Of a DNA stretch of 64,000 bases, positions 1 through 9,248 are shown one piece after another; position 1 is the stretch's first letter; the number at the start of each line of letters is the position of its first letter. A program made the translations under genes and the position numbers. The notes beneath the pieces are model-generated. The model was not told the origin of the DNA, searched no databases, and worked only from the letters and a program-made list of their open reading frames with translations. This stretch comes from Promethearchaeota archaeon (GTDB lineage: Archaea; Asgardarchaeota; Lokiarchaeia; Sigyniarchaeales; SOKP01): contig JAHLWH010000091.1 in the NCBI GenBank assembly GCA_019058015.1, forward strand, positions 1,241 through 65,240, read 5' to 3'.

Positions 1-158
1 AATTTTTATCTAACATTGCTAAAACTTTAGAAAAATTATATTGGTTTCCTATCTCTTCAATTGAAACACTCTTAATATCTGATGAATCATGCTTATTTTT
101 CAAACCAAAATCAAAATTTTTAGCTAAATATATACCTGAAATTTCTTTAAAATTAGAG

Positions 159-647
159 TTGAATTCAGCAACGATGAAAGGTTCTATGTATTTTGTAAGA
201 AGAGTCGCAAGTAAAAATAAGATTTACATGAAGAATGAGCAAAAAAAACAAAATCAAAGAATTGGTGTAATATATTTAGTTTGTGCGATCACTTTCTTAT
301 TAATGAGCTTTTTACCATTTGCGAACATATATAATGACTCTAATTCAGAATTACAGCATTTTGGTTTTACTATATTAATTATGGGAGGCTGGCCAGGATT
401 AATTTTAATTTTTCTATCAATTTACTCAATTTTTACTTTCAATATAATAAATTCCATATTTTGTGGAATTGTTGGCTGTGGTTTAATAGGTATGAACTCA
501 ATAACAATATTATTCTTGTATTATCGACGTATTGTAATCTACTCGCAAACTGTGGTCTTATTATTTCCTTTTTATATAGACTTTATTATCTGGCTTATTT
601 TCTGTGCAGTTAATATTTATATCTATAAACAAAGAGAAAAGTTATAA
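159..647 (+). CDS. Polytopic membrane protein, function unknown
   Basis: 162-aa ORF with a basic N-terminus (KNEQKKQNQR) followed by several long hydrophobic segments (IGVIYLVCAITFLLMSFLPF, FTILIMGGWPGLILIFLSIYSIF, VVLLFPFYIDFIIWLIFCAV). No catalytic motif recognised. Confidence 0.4.
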   Translation: MNSATMKGSMYFVRRVASKNKIYMKNEQKKQNQRIGVIYLVCAITFLLMSFLPFANIYNDSNSELQHFGFTILIMGGWPGLILIFLSIYSIFTFNIINSIFCGIVGCGLIGMNSITILFLYYRRIVIYSQTVVLLFPFYIDFIIWLIFCAVNIYIYKQREKL

Positions 648-953
648 TACCACACACTTTTATCTTTAAATAAAGAAATATTTCTTTTTTAAGAAGATAT
701 TTTATAGTTTAAAACAAAAAAATAAATCAATTCATTCAAAAATGCCAATTAATCGACTTTTTAGTATTTTTCGCAGATATTCCAGATGAGGAAAAGGTGC
801 GAAAAGATGGGATAGAAACCGTATAAAAATAATAAGTTTTTTTGGTGTTATAAATATTGAAATAATTCTAGTAAGTTTTTATATTAGATTCCACGCGTTA
901 ATAAATTTAAATTTATTAAATGATTGTATATAAAATAATATTTCTGATCCAAG

Positions 954-1664
954 ATGATTCAAAAAACAATTTCAGTAAAAATTCAAGGTGAAAACATTGA
1001 AATCTATTTAGGTTTCAATGGTATAAAGGTAAATATCAAAAATTTGAAAGATAAATATAATTTACAAGATAATGTTGATATTATTGATTATTTTGTTAAT
1101 CTTATATCTAAGTTAGAAAGTCAATATAATCAATCTACAATACAAATATTTAATCCAGAATTCGTGATTTCTCCAGAGCATATTATCACGGCATTTTATA
1201 ATACACATAAGGCTTTTTATGATAAAAAAAACATATCAAATCAAAAAAATCTCGAATTTTTATTATATCTCTCAACTAAAAGGCAGATTTCCGAAGCAAT
1301 CAAATATTTCGGCATAAAAGTTGATGAAAAAAAGTTAAAAACCCCGTTAGAACTTACATATTTAATAGCTAGTTATGAAAATAACGTTGAAACCATAAAA
1401 AAGTCTATCACTCAAGTACTTAACACCATTAATGACCCAACTATTATTACAGAAAAATCTATAGCAAAACTTCGAAAAATTATTAATTATTTTAAAATCA
1501 ATATGAATCAATTAGAAATTATATTTCATTCTAATGGAAAGGAATTTAATGAAGAAAATGCGTTTAGAAATAACAATTTAAATGATCTATATGAAGCATG
1601 CCTAGAAATAATTTATGAAAAAATGGCATTTTTATCTTTAGAGAAAACACCTAAGCCTGAATAA
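954..1664 (+). CDS. cgi121: KEOPS complex subunit Cgi121-like protein
   Basis: The core block IQIFNPEFVISPEHIITAFYNTHKAF...LEFLLYLSTKRQISEAIKYFGIK and the C-terminal IYEKMAFLSLEK match the conserved Cgi121 pattern (..H...A...A......E.L...SG.RQI.EAIK..G ... EK.AL.EL). This comparison is from memory of archaeal Cgi121 and is not verified. The ORF is longer than typical Cgi121. Confidence 0.6.
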   Translation: MIQKTISVKIQGENIEIYLGFNGIKVNIKNLKDKYNLQDNVDIIDYFVNLISKLESQYNQSTIQIFNPEFVISPEHIITAFYNTHKAFYDKKNISNQKNLEFLLYLSTKRQISEAIKYFGIKVDEKKLKTPLELTYLIASYENNVETIKKSITQVLNTINDPTIITEKSIAKLRKIINYFKINMNQLEIIFHSNGKEFNEENAFRNNNLNDLYEACLEIIYEKMAFLSLEKTPKPE

Positions 1665-2187
1665 TACGAACTTGTTCTTTAACTACACTCAAAATATCAT
1701 CTTTTGTTATAAATGAAATTCCAGTAAAATTACCTAATATTTCGATATTTACGATTTTATCTGGCTTTCTCAAATTTACTTTATTATTAAGACCTTCTGC
1801 AACGTGTTCGATTATTTCTAATTTTGATGTCTTAAAATTTCTTTTATTAACTTGGATTTTAAATGTTTCATTCTTTTTTACAACTTTAAGAAAATTCTCC
1901 GTTACGATCTTTTTTATTATATTTAAATCGGTCTCGCAAGCGTATTCAATAGGAGTAATTTTCAAGATATATTGAAAAAAATTTAAATTTTTTAGTGCCA
2001 TTTTCCTTAACTTCTCTATACATTTTTTGGGATTTAAATTTGTTAATGCAATAAATAATCCGGGAAATTCCACTCTAAAAATTAAGGGAAATTCATCACC
2101 CATCATAAATAACAAAAACCAAAGTTCTGCTTTGGCATTTATTTCATTATTTCTCGATGTGGATATTAACAGATTAAAATTTTTCAT
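1651..2187 (-). CDS. THUMP-domain RNA-binding protein (Tan1-like stand-alone THUMP)
   Basis: 178 aa. The N-terminal ferredoxin-like part (LLISTSRNNEINAKAELWFLL) and C-terminal part (FKIQVNKRNFKTSKLEIIEHVAEGL...VNLRKPDKIVNIEILGNFTGISF) fit the THUMP fold pattern of small archaeal THUMP proteins. Its ATG overlaps the upstream sua5 stop by 1 nt (TAATG). Confidence 0.5.
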   Translation of the reverse strand: MKNFNLLISTSRNNEINAKAELWFLLFMMGDEFPLIFRVEFPGLFIALTNLNPKKCIEKLRKMALKNLNFFQYILKITPIEYACETDLNIIKKIVTENFLKVVKKNETFKIQVNKRNFKTSKLEIIEHVAEGLNNKVNLRKPDKIVNIEILGNFTGISFITKDDILSVVKEQVRIIQA

Positions 2188-2873
2188 TAAATTCCTCCAT
2201 TATTAAAAATTTTTAAAATTTCTTCCTTGGAAATTGAACCGATTCTTAAAAATTTCAATTCCGACTTCTTTTTTGCTGAAGAACAATCAACAATTGTACT
2301 GGGAAACTGTGTTAATGTCTTTCCACCATCTAATATTACATCTATTTGACCAAATAATAATCTTGGTATATATTCTCCTTCTATAATGTTCTTTTGATTA
2401 GAAATATTTGCAGATGTTCCAATAATTCCAGCAAAATGTCCCTTCTCTTTAAGAACATTTAAAACACTTAGAATAATTTCATTTTCTGGGACTCTGAGAG
2501 CAATAGTCTCCTTACCACCTGTTAATTCGTCTGGAATAAACCCCATTTTTTTTTCAACAACAATAGTAACTTGACCAGGCCAAAATTTTTCAGCTATTTT
2601 TTGAGCAAATTCATTAAATTTTCCAATTTTTAAAGCTTCGTTTAAATCATTTGTTAAAACAGGAAGCCCTTTATCCCTTTCTCTAAATTTCATTTCAAAA
2701 ATCCTATTAATCACTTTAAGATTTTGTGGATCGCCACCGAGACCATAAACGGTATTTGTTGGATATGCAATTATTTTACCTTCAATTACTGCATCAGCTG
2801 CTTTCTTCAAAAATATTTGGTCCAGTTTATTATCTCCACTCAATTTTAATAATAATCCCATTATAAAAATCAA
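2187..2873 (-). CDS. sua5: L-threonylcarbamoyladenylate synthase, YrdC/Sua5 family (short form)
   Basis: YrdC-domain hallmarks are present: IIAYPTNTVYGLGGDP, KFRERDKGLPVL, FWPGQVTIVV, ALRVPENEI, GTSANISNQ. At 228 aa it lacks the long Sua5 C-terminal domain. Confidence 0.8.
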   Translation of the reverse strand: MIFIMGLLLKLSGDNKLDQIFLKKAADAVIEGKIIAYPTNTVYGLGGDPQNLKVINRIFEMKFRERDKGLPVLTNDLNEALKIGKFNEFAQKIAEKFWPGQVTIVVEKKMGFIPDELTGGKETIALRVPENEIILSVLNVLKEKGHFAGIIGTSANISNQKNIIEGEYIPRLLFGQIDVILDGGKTLTQFPSTIVDCSSAKKKSELKFLRIGSISKEEILKIFNNGGI

Positions 2874-2896
2874 CTTAATTTCTTTTTAAAAAATCT

Positions 2897-3343
2897 TTAT
2901 TCCTCTGGTGCTTTCCATTTTTCATAATATTCCCCAAACTTTTTTAGTAAAACCTTTGGTTCTATCTTTCTGTTCTCACTCATTGCTTTAAATGCTTCTA
3001 ACATGACTTCTAATTGTAGTAATTGAAATTCTTGATTTTTTTCATCGCTGGTTGTAAGAAATCGGTGCGTTATTTCATTGGTCTTGAAGATTTCCATAGA
3101 ATTAATGTTGTAAATATCCATAAAATAACCGATAAAAAATGCTCCGAGGAAGATTAGGGGAAATGCAATAATCAATATCCAAATTGTAAGTTCAAATGCT
3201 ATAAAAATAAGAGAAATAGCACTGATTGTAGACATTGCGATTTGATAATATGACTGCCCCATCTTGAGTCGAGACATCTGTCTTCCGACGAATCGAGCTG
3301 TTTTTACCCATCTGGGCTTTCTGACTTTTTTGTTATTAAACAT
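2897..3343 (-). CDS. Small membrane protein, function unknown
   Basis: 148 aa with two adjacent hydrophobic helices (YYQIAMSTISAISLIFIAFELTIWILIIAFPLIFLGAFFIGYF) and a soluble charged C-terminus. Confidence 0.4.
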   Translation of the reverse strand: MFNNKKVRKPRWVKTARFVGRQMSRLKMGQSYYQIAMSTISAISLIFIAFELTIWILIIAFPLIFLGAFFIGYFMDIYNINSMEIFKTNEITHRFLTTSDEKNQEFQLLQLEVMLEAFKAMSENRKIEPKVLLKKFGEYYEKWKAPEE

Positions 3344-3567
3344 CTTTTCACTGTTTGCTTTTATTAATATATTAAGCTTTTCATATTTAAAAAATAAACC
3401 AAATCTAAAGATATCTAAAAAGTAGATTGCTCTTCATCGATCTAAATTTTTAATTAAAAGTCCAAGCCTAAATTATTTCACACTCAAATATCAAGAAAAA
3501 AATGAAATATTTAGTTGATACTTATAATTTTAATTGTTAGTGAATGATTTTTTCAGGTTTTATTCAA

Positions 3568-4485
3568 TTATTTATTTTTTTCCTTTATTTCTAATTCTAA
3601 ATCAATGTATTTCCATGCATTTTTTATATTCTCTTCCCATTTAACTAAACCAACCTCAGTAAGTGTGTTAAATCTCTTTTGAATCTCTAAATACTCTTGA
3701 ATTGGTCTGCGTTTCGAGGGATCCAAATATTTTTTACTCGGCTTAGATAATTTGAATTCACCATTTTCAATTTCATATAATATCCAAAATCCAGTTTCCA
3801 CTGCCATCTTTCCCATTCTTACGGTATCTTCAGAAGCAAAACCCCAACCGGGTGGACAAGGCGCAAGTATATGAATATACCTAAATCCTTGAATATCTTT
3901 CGCTTTCTTTAATTTTTCATAAAGATCAATTGGATAAGAGATACAACATGTAGCTACATATGGGACGTTATGAGCCGCCACTATTGCAGGCAAATTCTTT
4001 TTGAATCGTTGTTTTCCAAAGGGTGTAGTTGTAGTTCTAGCCCCATGAGGTGTAGACGAGCTTCTTTGAATACCGGTATTCATATAAGCTTCATTATCAT
4101 AACAGACATAAAGAATATTAGAGTTTCTTTCTGCTGCACCACTTATACCTTGAATCCCAATGTCCGTTGTTCCACCATCTCCTGCAAATACTAAGGAAGT
4201 CATATCACCCCAACCTTTAGCTTTAAACGCTGCAGCTAGACCAGATGCCGCTGCTGCTGATGCAGCAAATGCCATATTAATAAAGGGGAAATTTGGGGCA
4301 GTTTTAGGCCATAACCCAACAACCACATTAAGGCAACTTGCCGGAGCAACCAGAGCGGTCTTAGGACCGAGCGCTTTCATCGCCCATCTAAGTGCCAACT
4401 CCAATCCACAACCTGCACAAGTTGAATTTCCTGCTAAGAATAATTCTTCTCTAGCTGTGTCTTGTAATTCTTTTAAACTAACCAT
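3568..4485 (-). CDS. porB: 2-oxoacid (pyruvate-type):ferredoxin oxidoreductase, beta subunit (TPP-binding)
   Basis: Shows the N-terminal Cys motif CAGCG and the TPP-binding GDGGTTDIG...NEAYMNTG. It is the last gene of a gamma-delta-alpha-beta operon. Substrate (pyruvate versus 2-ketoisovalerate) cannot be fixed by eye. Confidence 0.85.
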   Translation of the reverse strand: MVSLKELQDTAREELFLAGNSTCAGCGLELALRWAMKALGPKTALVAPASCLNVVVGLWPKTAPNFPFINMAFAASAAAASGLAAAFKAKGWGDMTSLVFAGDGGTTDIGIQGISGAAERNSNILYVCYDNEAYMNTGIQRSSSTPHGARTTTTPFGKQRFKKNLPAIVAAHNVPYVATCCISYPIDLYEKLKKAKDIQGFRYIHILAPCPPGWGFASEDTVRMGKMAVETGFWILYEIENGEFKLSKPSKKYLDPSKRRPIQEYLEIQKRFNTLTEVGLVKWEENIKNAWKYIDLELEIKEKNK

Positions 4486-4487
4486 TA

Positions 4488-5723
4488 TTATTTTACCTCC
4501 AAAATACCATCCCAGAGAGTCCCATGTATCATGTCCTTTGGAAGCTCTCCTGTCTCTTTTAATTTTATTAATTTTTTAAATTCTTCCTTCTGTTGTTCTA
4601 CTGATACTTCTCTCCCTCCAATTCCAGTAATAATCGGTAGAATAATAGTATCAATTCCTGTTCCGTGAAGTGCGCTTTTACATTCAGAACTAACTGCACC
4701 TCCAGTTGGTGATCCAAAAGCTGTATCTCGATCAACTACTCCAATAACATCAACTTTTTTCGCTATGTTTATAATTTCCTCAGTAGGAAATGGTCTAAAA
4801 TGTCTTAATTTTACTGAACCCACTTTATAACCCTCCTGTCTTAGTTCATCTACAGCCTGCTCTGCCTGTAGTGCAAGCCCTCCAATATTAATCAATGCTA
4901 CTTCCGCATCATCCATCTTATATTCTTGAATAAGTCCATTTCCATAACTTCTTCCAAAGATCTTTTCAAATTCTAAAGCAGTTTGTTTAATTATATGCAT
5001 CGATTTCATCATTTCATCATGAATTTTCATTCTGAATTCATAATAAAAACCAGAAGGCATAATTAGATTTCCATGCATCATAGGTCTTTCTGGATCAATA
5101 AAAATATGTGGCCAGCCTTTTTCATCTGGTAAAGGCGGCAGAAACTTTTCTAATTTATCATCAGGCTCAATAATCACAGGTTTAAAAGTATGTGATAACA
5201 CAAAACCTCCATATGCAACAAACATTGGGAGTAAAACCTCCTCATTTTCGCAGATTTTATATGCCATTAAAACACCATCATAAATCTCTTGATGTGAAGA
5301 TGCAAATGCAGTCAACCATCCAGCATCTCTTTGTGAAATTACATCTGTAAAATCAGCCCAAATATTCCATGGAGGAGCAATTCCTCTCGAAGCAATGGTC
5401 ATCACTATAGGCAATCTGGTACCTGCAGCCCAATGAACCATCTCGCTCATATATAATAAACCTTGACCCGCTGTTGCTGAAAAAGTTCTAGTTCCAGCAA
5501 TGCTTGCACCTATTAATGAAGCCATAACAGAATGTTCCGATTCTACTTTAATATATTGGGCGGGCATATCCCCAGAATCAACAAATTCTGATAATTTTTC
5601 CACTACAACGGTTTGTGGTGTAATAGGATACGCACTTATAACTTGAACCTTAGCTGAGCGTGCTGCATAAGCTGCTGCAACATTACCACTAATAAACTTA
5701 ATTTCCTGTTCTTTTTGGCTCAT
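4488..5723 (-). CDS. porA: 2-oxoacid:ferredoxin oxidoreductase, alpha subunit
   Basis: 411 aa. FISGNVAAAYAARSAKVQVISAYPITPQT and SEHSVMASLIGASIAGTRTFSATAGQGLLYM are typical of POR/VOR alpha subunits. It lies 2 nt upstream of porB. Confidence 0.85.
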   Translation of the reverse strand: MSQKEQEIKFISGNVAAAYAARSAKVQVISAYPITPQTVVVEKLSEFVDSGDMPAQYIKVESEHSVMASLIGASIAGTRTFSATAGQGLLYMSEMVHWAAGTRLPIVMTIASRGIAPPWNIWADFTDVISQRDAGWLTAFASSHQEIYDGVLMAYKICENEEVLLPMFVAYGGFVLSHTFKPVIIEPDDKLEKFLPPLPDEKGWPHIFIDPERPMMHGNLIMPSGFYYEFRMKIHDEMMKSMHIIKQTALEFEKIFGRSYGNGLIQEYKMDDAEVALINIGGLALQAEQAVDELRQEGYKVGSVKLRHFRPFPTEEIINIAKKVDVIGVVDRDTAFGSPTGGAVSSECKSALHGTGIDTIILPIITGIGGREVSVEQQKEEFKKLIKLKETGELPKDMIHGTLWDGILEVK

Positions 5724-6052
5724 TATTCAAATTCGCTCTCCCTTTTCATTTCTATTGCTTTTACGGGACATTCTTTCGCACAAATCCCACAGCCTTTACA
5801 ATATACATAGTCTATTGTGAAAAATCCATCCTCACTTTTTTGAATCACTCCTTCAGGACAATACATCCAGCAAAAACCACATTTAGTGCATTTTTTTTTG
5901 TCTATTACGGGTCTAAAAACCCTCCAATCTCCTGTCTCTCCCATACTTCCATAACAAGGAAATGATATGGGAATTGGAGGTAATTCCTTCCAATTTTTAT
6001 AATTTTGAAGTTTAGGTCTTTTATCTTTACTTTCCGCTATTATTTTCCACAT
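5723..6052 (-). CDS. porD: 2-oxoacid:ferredoxin oxidoreductase, delta subunit (2x[4Fe-4S] ferredoxin-like)
   Basis: 109 aa with two ferredoxin Cys clusters, CTKCGFCWMYCP and CKGCGICAKECP. Its stop overlaps the porA start. Confidence 0.85.
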   Translation of the reverse strand: MWKIIAESKDKRPKLQNYKNWKELPPIPISFPCYGSMGETGDWRVFRPVIDKKKCTKCGFCWMYCPEGVIQKSEDGFFTIDYVYCKGCGICAKECPVKAIEMKRESEFE

Positions 6053-6054
6053 AA

Positions 6055-6633
6055 TTAAATCATCTCCTTAACCATTTCAAATGCATCTCTTGCTGTTTTC
6101 ATATTTTTCTCAGCCCTTGAACCAAATTTTTTTTTAATAACTTTTTCCATAATATCTAGGCCATAAAACCCAGATACCTTAGCAAATGCTCCCAACATTG
6201 GAATATTCAAAATTGGAAACCCCTCTATTGCTAATTCATGCTTTAAAGAAATCCCAGTTGCATCAACCATATAGATTTTAACATTTTTTGGCAAATTATT
6301 ATTAAAATAAATTTTAAGATTGCTATTAATGATTAAAATCACTCCCTCTTTAATGGTAGCAAACACTCTGGGAATCATTAATAGAGTAGTATCAAAAATC
6401 AGTATAAAATCCGGGTCTGTTACACTACTATATGATCTAATTTGAGTATCCCTAGATATTTTAGAAAAAGCTTGTATTGGAGCACCCCTTCGTTCAGCAC
6501 CAATTATTGGTATAGCTATCGCATCTTTAAACCCACTTTCATATGCCATTTCCGCCAATAATTGTGAAGCGGTAATTGCTGTTTGACCTCCCCGGCCATG
6601 AAATGCTATTTCAATAATTTTTTTCTCTATCAT
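6055..6633 (-). CDS. porG: 2-oxoacid:ferredoxin oxidoreductase, gamma subunit
   Basis: 192 aa. FHGRGGQTAITASQLLAEMA and ERRGAP are typical of the gamma subunit. It is the first gene of the operon. Confidence 0.8.
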   Translation of the reverse strand: MIEKKIIEIAFHGRGGQTAITASQLLAEMAYESGFKDAIAIPIIGAERRGAPIQAFSKISRDTQIRSYSSVTDPDFILIFDTTLLMIPRVFATIKEGVILIINSNLKIYFNNNLPKNVKIYMVDATGISLKHELAIEGFPILNIPMLGAFAKVSGFYGLDIMEKVIKKKFGSRAEKNMKTARDAFEMVKEMI

Positions 6634-6734
6634 GTTTCAATGCTCCATTGTAATGTATAATTTTAAAGTGTTCAAAATATTTGTTTTTATTTTTAATAAA
6701 ATATTTCATAATAAAATTATATTTATAATTATAT

Positions 6735-7280
6735 ATGGCAAAGATTAAAAAAGATGACTCTGGAAAAGATTTAGGTTTTGATTGTCCGATCTGTAAGAAA
6801 GGAAGACTCATTTTAAGTAAGTATATTCATGAACTTCCAGATGGAGATAAATATCTCATCATAAAATTCGAATGCAATAAATGTGATTTTACGAAAAATG
6901 ATCTTATTCCAGTAGAAACACCCATTAAGCCAGGTAAATTTATTTTAAACGTTAATGAGAAAGAAGACTTAAAATCAAAAGTTTTTAGGTCATCTTCAGG
7001 TGTATTGGAAATCCCTGAATTAAAAATGGAAATTGAGCCAGGTCCTGCAGCAGACTTTTATATTACAAATATTGAAGGTGTATTAACTAGAATGAAAGAT
7101 GCTGTTTCGTTTTTTAAAAAAGGTTTATCTGAAGAAGATCAAAAAGTGAATAAAATCCTTGAAAATATAGATAGGGCCATTAATGGGGAATTTAAATTCA
7201 CATTAATAATAACTGATGAATTAGGTGGGAGTTATATCGTGCCTATTAATGAAAAGTCATTAAAAATTGAATATTTTTGA
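6735..7280 (+). CDS. zpr1: ZPR1-type zinc-finger protein
   Basis: Shows CPICKKG...CNKCDF (a C4 zinc finger) followed by VFRSSSGVLEIPELKMEIEPGPAADFYITNIEGVL. This matches the ZPR1 A-domain signature (S.sa...IPEL.lei.pg...G.itnvEG). Confidence 0.75.
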   Translation: MAKIKKDDSGKDLGFDCPICKKGRLILSKYIHELPDGDKYLIIKFECNKCDFTKNDLIPVETPIKPGKFILNVNEKEDLKSKVFRSSSGVLEIPELKMEIEPGPAADFYITNIEGVLTRMKDAVSFFKKGLSEEDQKVNKILENIDRAINGEFKFTLIITDELGGSYIVPINEKSLKIEYF

Positions 7281-7295
7281 AAAATTATAAACTTT

Positions 7296-8471
7296 TTACT
7301 GTTTTGATTTATAGCGAACTTTAACTAATAAATCCCTTAATTCTATTTTGTCACTATCTTTTGTTATATATTTTTTTCGAGCACCCTCTTCAAGAGGCAT
7401 GGTTAGAACTTTATTCCCTTGAAGTGACACCATTTTACCAAAATCTTCTTTAATCACCTGTTTCATGGCAGCTAAACCAAACCTTAATCCTAAAATTCGA
7501 TCAAATGCATTGGGAGTTCCTGCTCTCATAGTATGCCCTAACACAACACTTCTACATTCAAAATCCACACCATTTTTCTTAAATTCTTCTTTTAAATCGT
7601 CTCGCAAGTTTAATTCTTGAACTAATATTTTACTTATTTTTAACGATGATAATAAAGGATTGCCATATTCATCTTTGTATAAATTATCTATTGTTTTTTT
7701 CGTAATTGTCTTGAAATCTCTTAATAATGATTCTTTACTTGGATAAGCTCCTTCAGAACAAGCAATAAGATGATATTTATAGCCACTATTTACTCTATTT
7801 TTAAGCACATCGATTACATCTGATTCTAAATCAAAAGGAGTTTCAGGAATTAAAATAATATCAGCACCAGTTGAAATTCCACTATACATAGTTAAAAAAC
7901 CAGCATCTCTTCCCATAACTTCGATAATAAACACTCTTTGGTGGGATCTGGCAGTGGTTGTAAGATTATCCATTACATTTGAAGCTAGTTGAACTGCACT
8001 CCAGAATCCAAAGGTATAATGTGTTCCTAATAAATCATTATCTATTGTTTTAGGAACTCCGACAACTTTTGCATTGCAATATTTATACATTGCAGCAGCA
8101 ACTCCTAATGTATCATCACCACCTATAGCAATAAGAGCATCGATATCTAAATCTTTAAATTTCGATGCCATCTCAGTTGCAATTTTTATTGCTAATTGTT
8201 CTTTTTCCTTCTGGTCCGATAGTTTATGTACTGCTTTATAAGGATTATATCTTGATGTATAAATTAATGTTCCTCCAATAGTGTGTAAATCGTCTAACTC
8301 AGCTATATTAAGAGGTTCCTTAATATTTTCCATAAAACCCTTCCATCCCTTTTTAATTCCAATACATTCAATTCCAGAATCAAATGCTTTCAGTAGTATT
8401 CCATATAAAACGGAATTGAGGCCAGGGGCGTCTCCTCCACCCGTCAGAATTCCTACTTTTTTTATAGCCAT
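7296..8471 (-). CDS. pfp: Family-A 6-phosphofructokinase, predicted PPi-dependent
   Basis: Motifs GILTGGGDAPGLN, IGGDDTLG, PKTIDNDL and MGRDAGF are present. Asp in GGDD and Lys in PKTIDND are the residues associated with pyrophosphate specificity rather than ATP. Confidence 0.85.
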   Translation of the reverse strand: MAIKKVGILTGGGDAPGLNSVLYGILLKAFDSGIECIGIKKGWKGFMENIKEPLNIAELDDLHTIGGTLIYTSRYNPYKAVHKLSDQKEKEQLAIKIATEMASKFKDLDIDALIAIGGDDTLGVAAAMYKYCNAKVVGVPKTIDNDLLGTHYTFGFWSAVQLASNVMDNLTTTARSHQRVFIIEVMGRDAGFLTMYSGISTGADIILIPETPFDLESDVIDVLKNRVNSGYKYHLIACSEGAYPSKESLLRDFKTITKKTIDNLYKDEYGNPLLSSLKISKILVQELNLRDDLKEEFKKNGVDFECRSVVLGHTMRAGTPNAFDRILGLRFGLAAMKQVIKEDFGKMVSLQGNKVLTMPLEEGARKKYITKDSDKIELRDLLVKVRYKSKQ

Positions 8472-8554
8472 AAAATTTCACATTAAGTAATTATAATTGA
8501 AATATATTTTTTTATTAGAGTAATTTAAATGTAAAATTATTTTTATTTAATAAT

Positions 8555-9226
8555 ATGTATTACTTCAAAGTATCACTGTTTAATACTTGGAATCCCCGAT
8601 ATGTAAAAATATCATCAAACGTGAATTTACTTTCTTTGAAGTATATACTTGGAAAATTTCCAAAGATCGAAAACAAGTTTTTTGAGGATCTTGAGGAAAA
8701 TATTAAGAAAAAACCACACTATTTTTCACAGAATTCCATAAAAAGAGTTGTTGGACCAGAAAAGGAAGAATATGATATTTCTAATTGGCTTTTTTTATGG
8801 GGTTTTGACTTTAAGAAACGTGGGTATCAATTGTTAATTCAAATTGATAAAGAAGGAAAGGGGATATTAGCAGCGATTGGACCAATGGAATTGGCATCCT
8901 TCTTCGATCGGATGAAATTGAATAGTATATTACCAACTCTATCTTTAATAAATTCAACAGATAAGATGAAATTTGTAGTATTTTTAAAACCTAGAGGTGA
9001 TTCAATTATTAAAGGATTAGAGATGAAAGGCATTGAAAAGGGAAAAATCCAGCAAATAATGGATTATTGGAAAACTTTAAGAAATGTTGATGGTCAATGG
9101 TTTCCAACATTCAAACCTAGATGTCCTAGATGTGGACGTCTTATAGAAGGATTACATGGTTATGAGATAGGTTTTATTCCATTAATATGTCCTAAATGCG
9201 GATATGAGATTAAAAAAAAGAATTAA
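8555..9226 (+). CDS. Hypothetical protein with C-terminal zinc ribbon
   Basis: 223 aa with no family recognised. The C-terminus has CPRCGR...(x17)...CPKCG, a four-Cys ribbon. Confidence 0.4.
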   Translation: MYYFKVSLFNTWNPRYVKISSNVNLLSLKYILGKFPKIENKFFEDLEENIKKKPHYFSQNSIKRVVGPEKEEYDISNWLFLWGFDFKKRGYQLLIQIDKEGKGILAAIGPMELASFFDRMKLNSILPTLSLINSTDKMKFVVFLKPRGDSIIKGLEMKGIEKGKIQQIMDYWKTLRNVDGQWFPTFKPRCPRCGRLIEGLHGYEIGFIPLICPKCGYEIKKKN

Positions 9227-9248
9227 TATTTTTTCAAACTCTTAAACT

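Noticed and set aside
1-100. Minus-strand open frame running off the left edge (...FDFGLKNKHDSSDIKSVSIEEIGNQYNFSKVLAMLDKN...).
   Set aside because: Only 30-35 codons or fewer are visible. Candidate starts are TTG near position 100 or ATG at 16..14, and there is no motif. I cannot support a call.
700-850. Locally GC-richer patch (cgcagatattccagatgaggaaaaggtgcgaaaagatgggatagaaaccg) in the 306-bp spacer, considered as a C/D-box sRNA or other ncRNA.
   Set aside because: There are no proper C (RUGAUGA) and D (CUGA) box pairs, no stable stem that I could fold by eye, and no ORF. The evidence is insufficient.
6611-6811. 66-aa minus-strand ORF spanning the porG start and the zpr1 start.
   Set aside because: It overlaps two well-supported genes and the promoter spacer between them. 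It has a low-complexity product and no motif.
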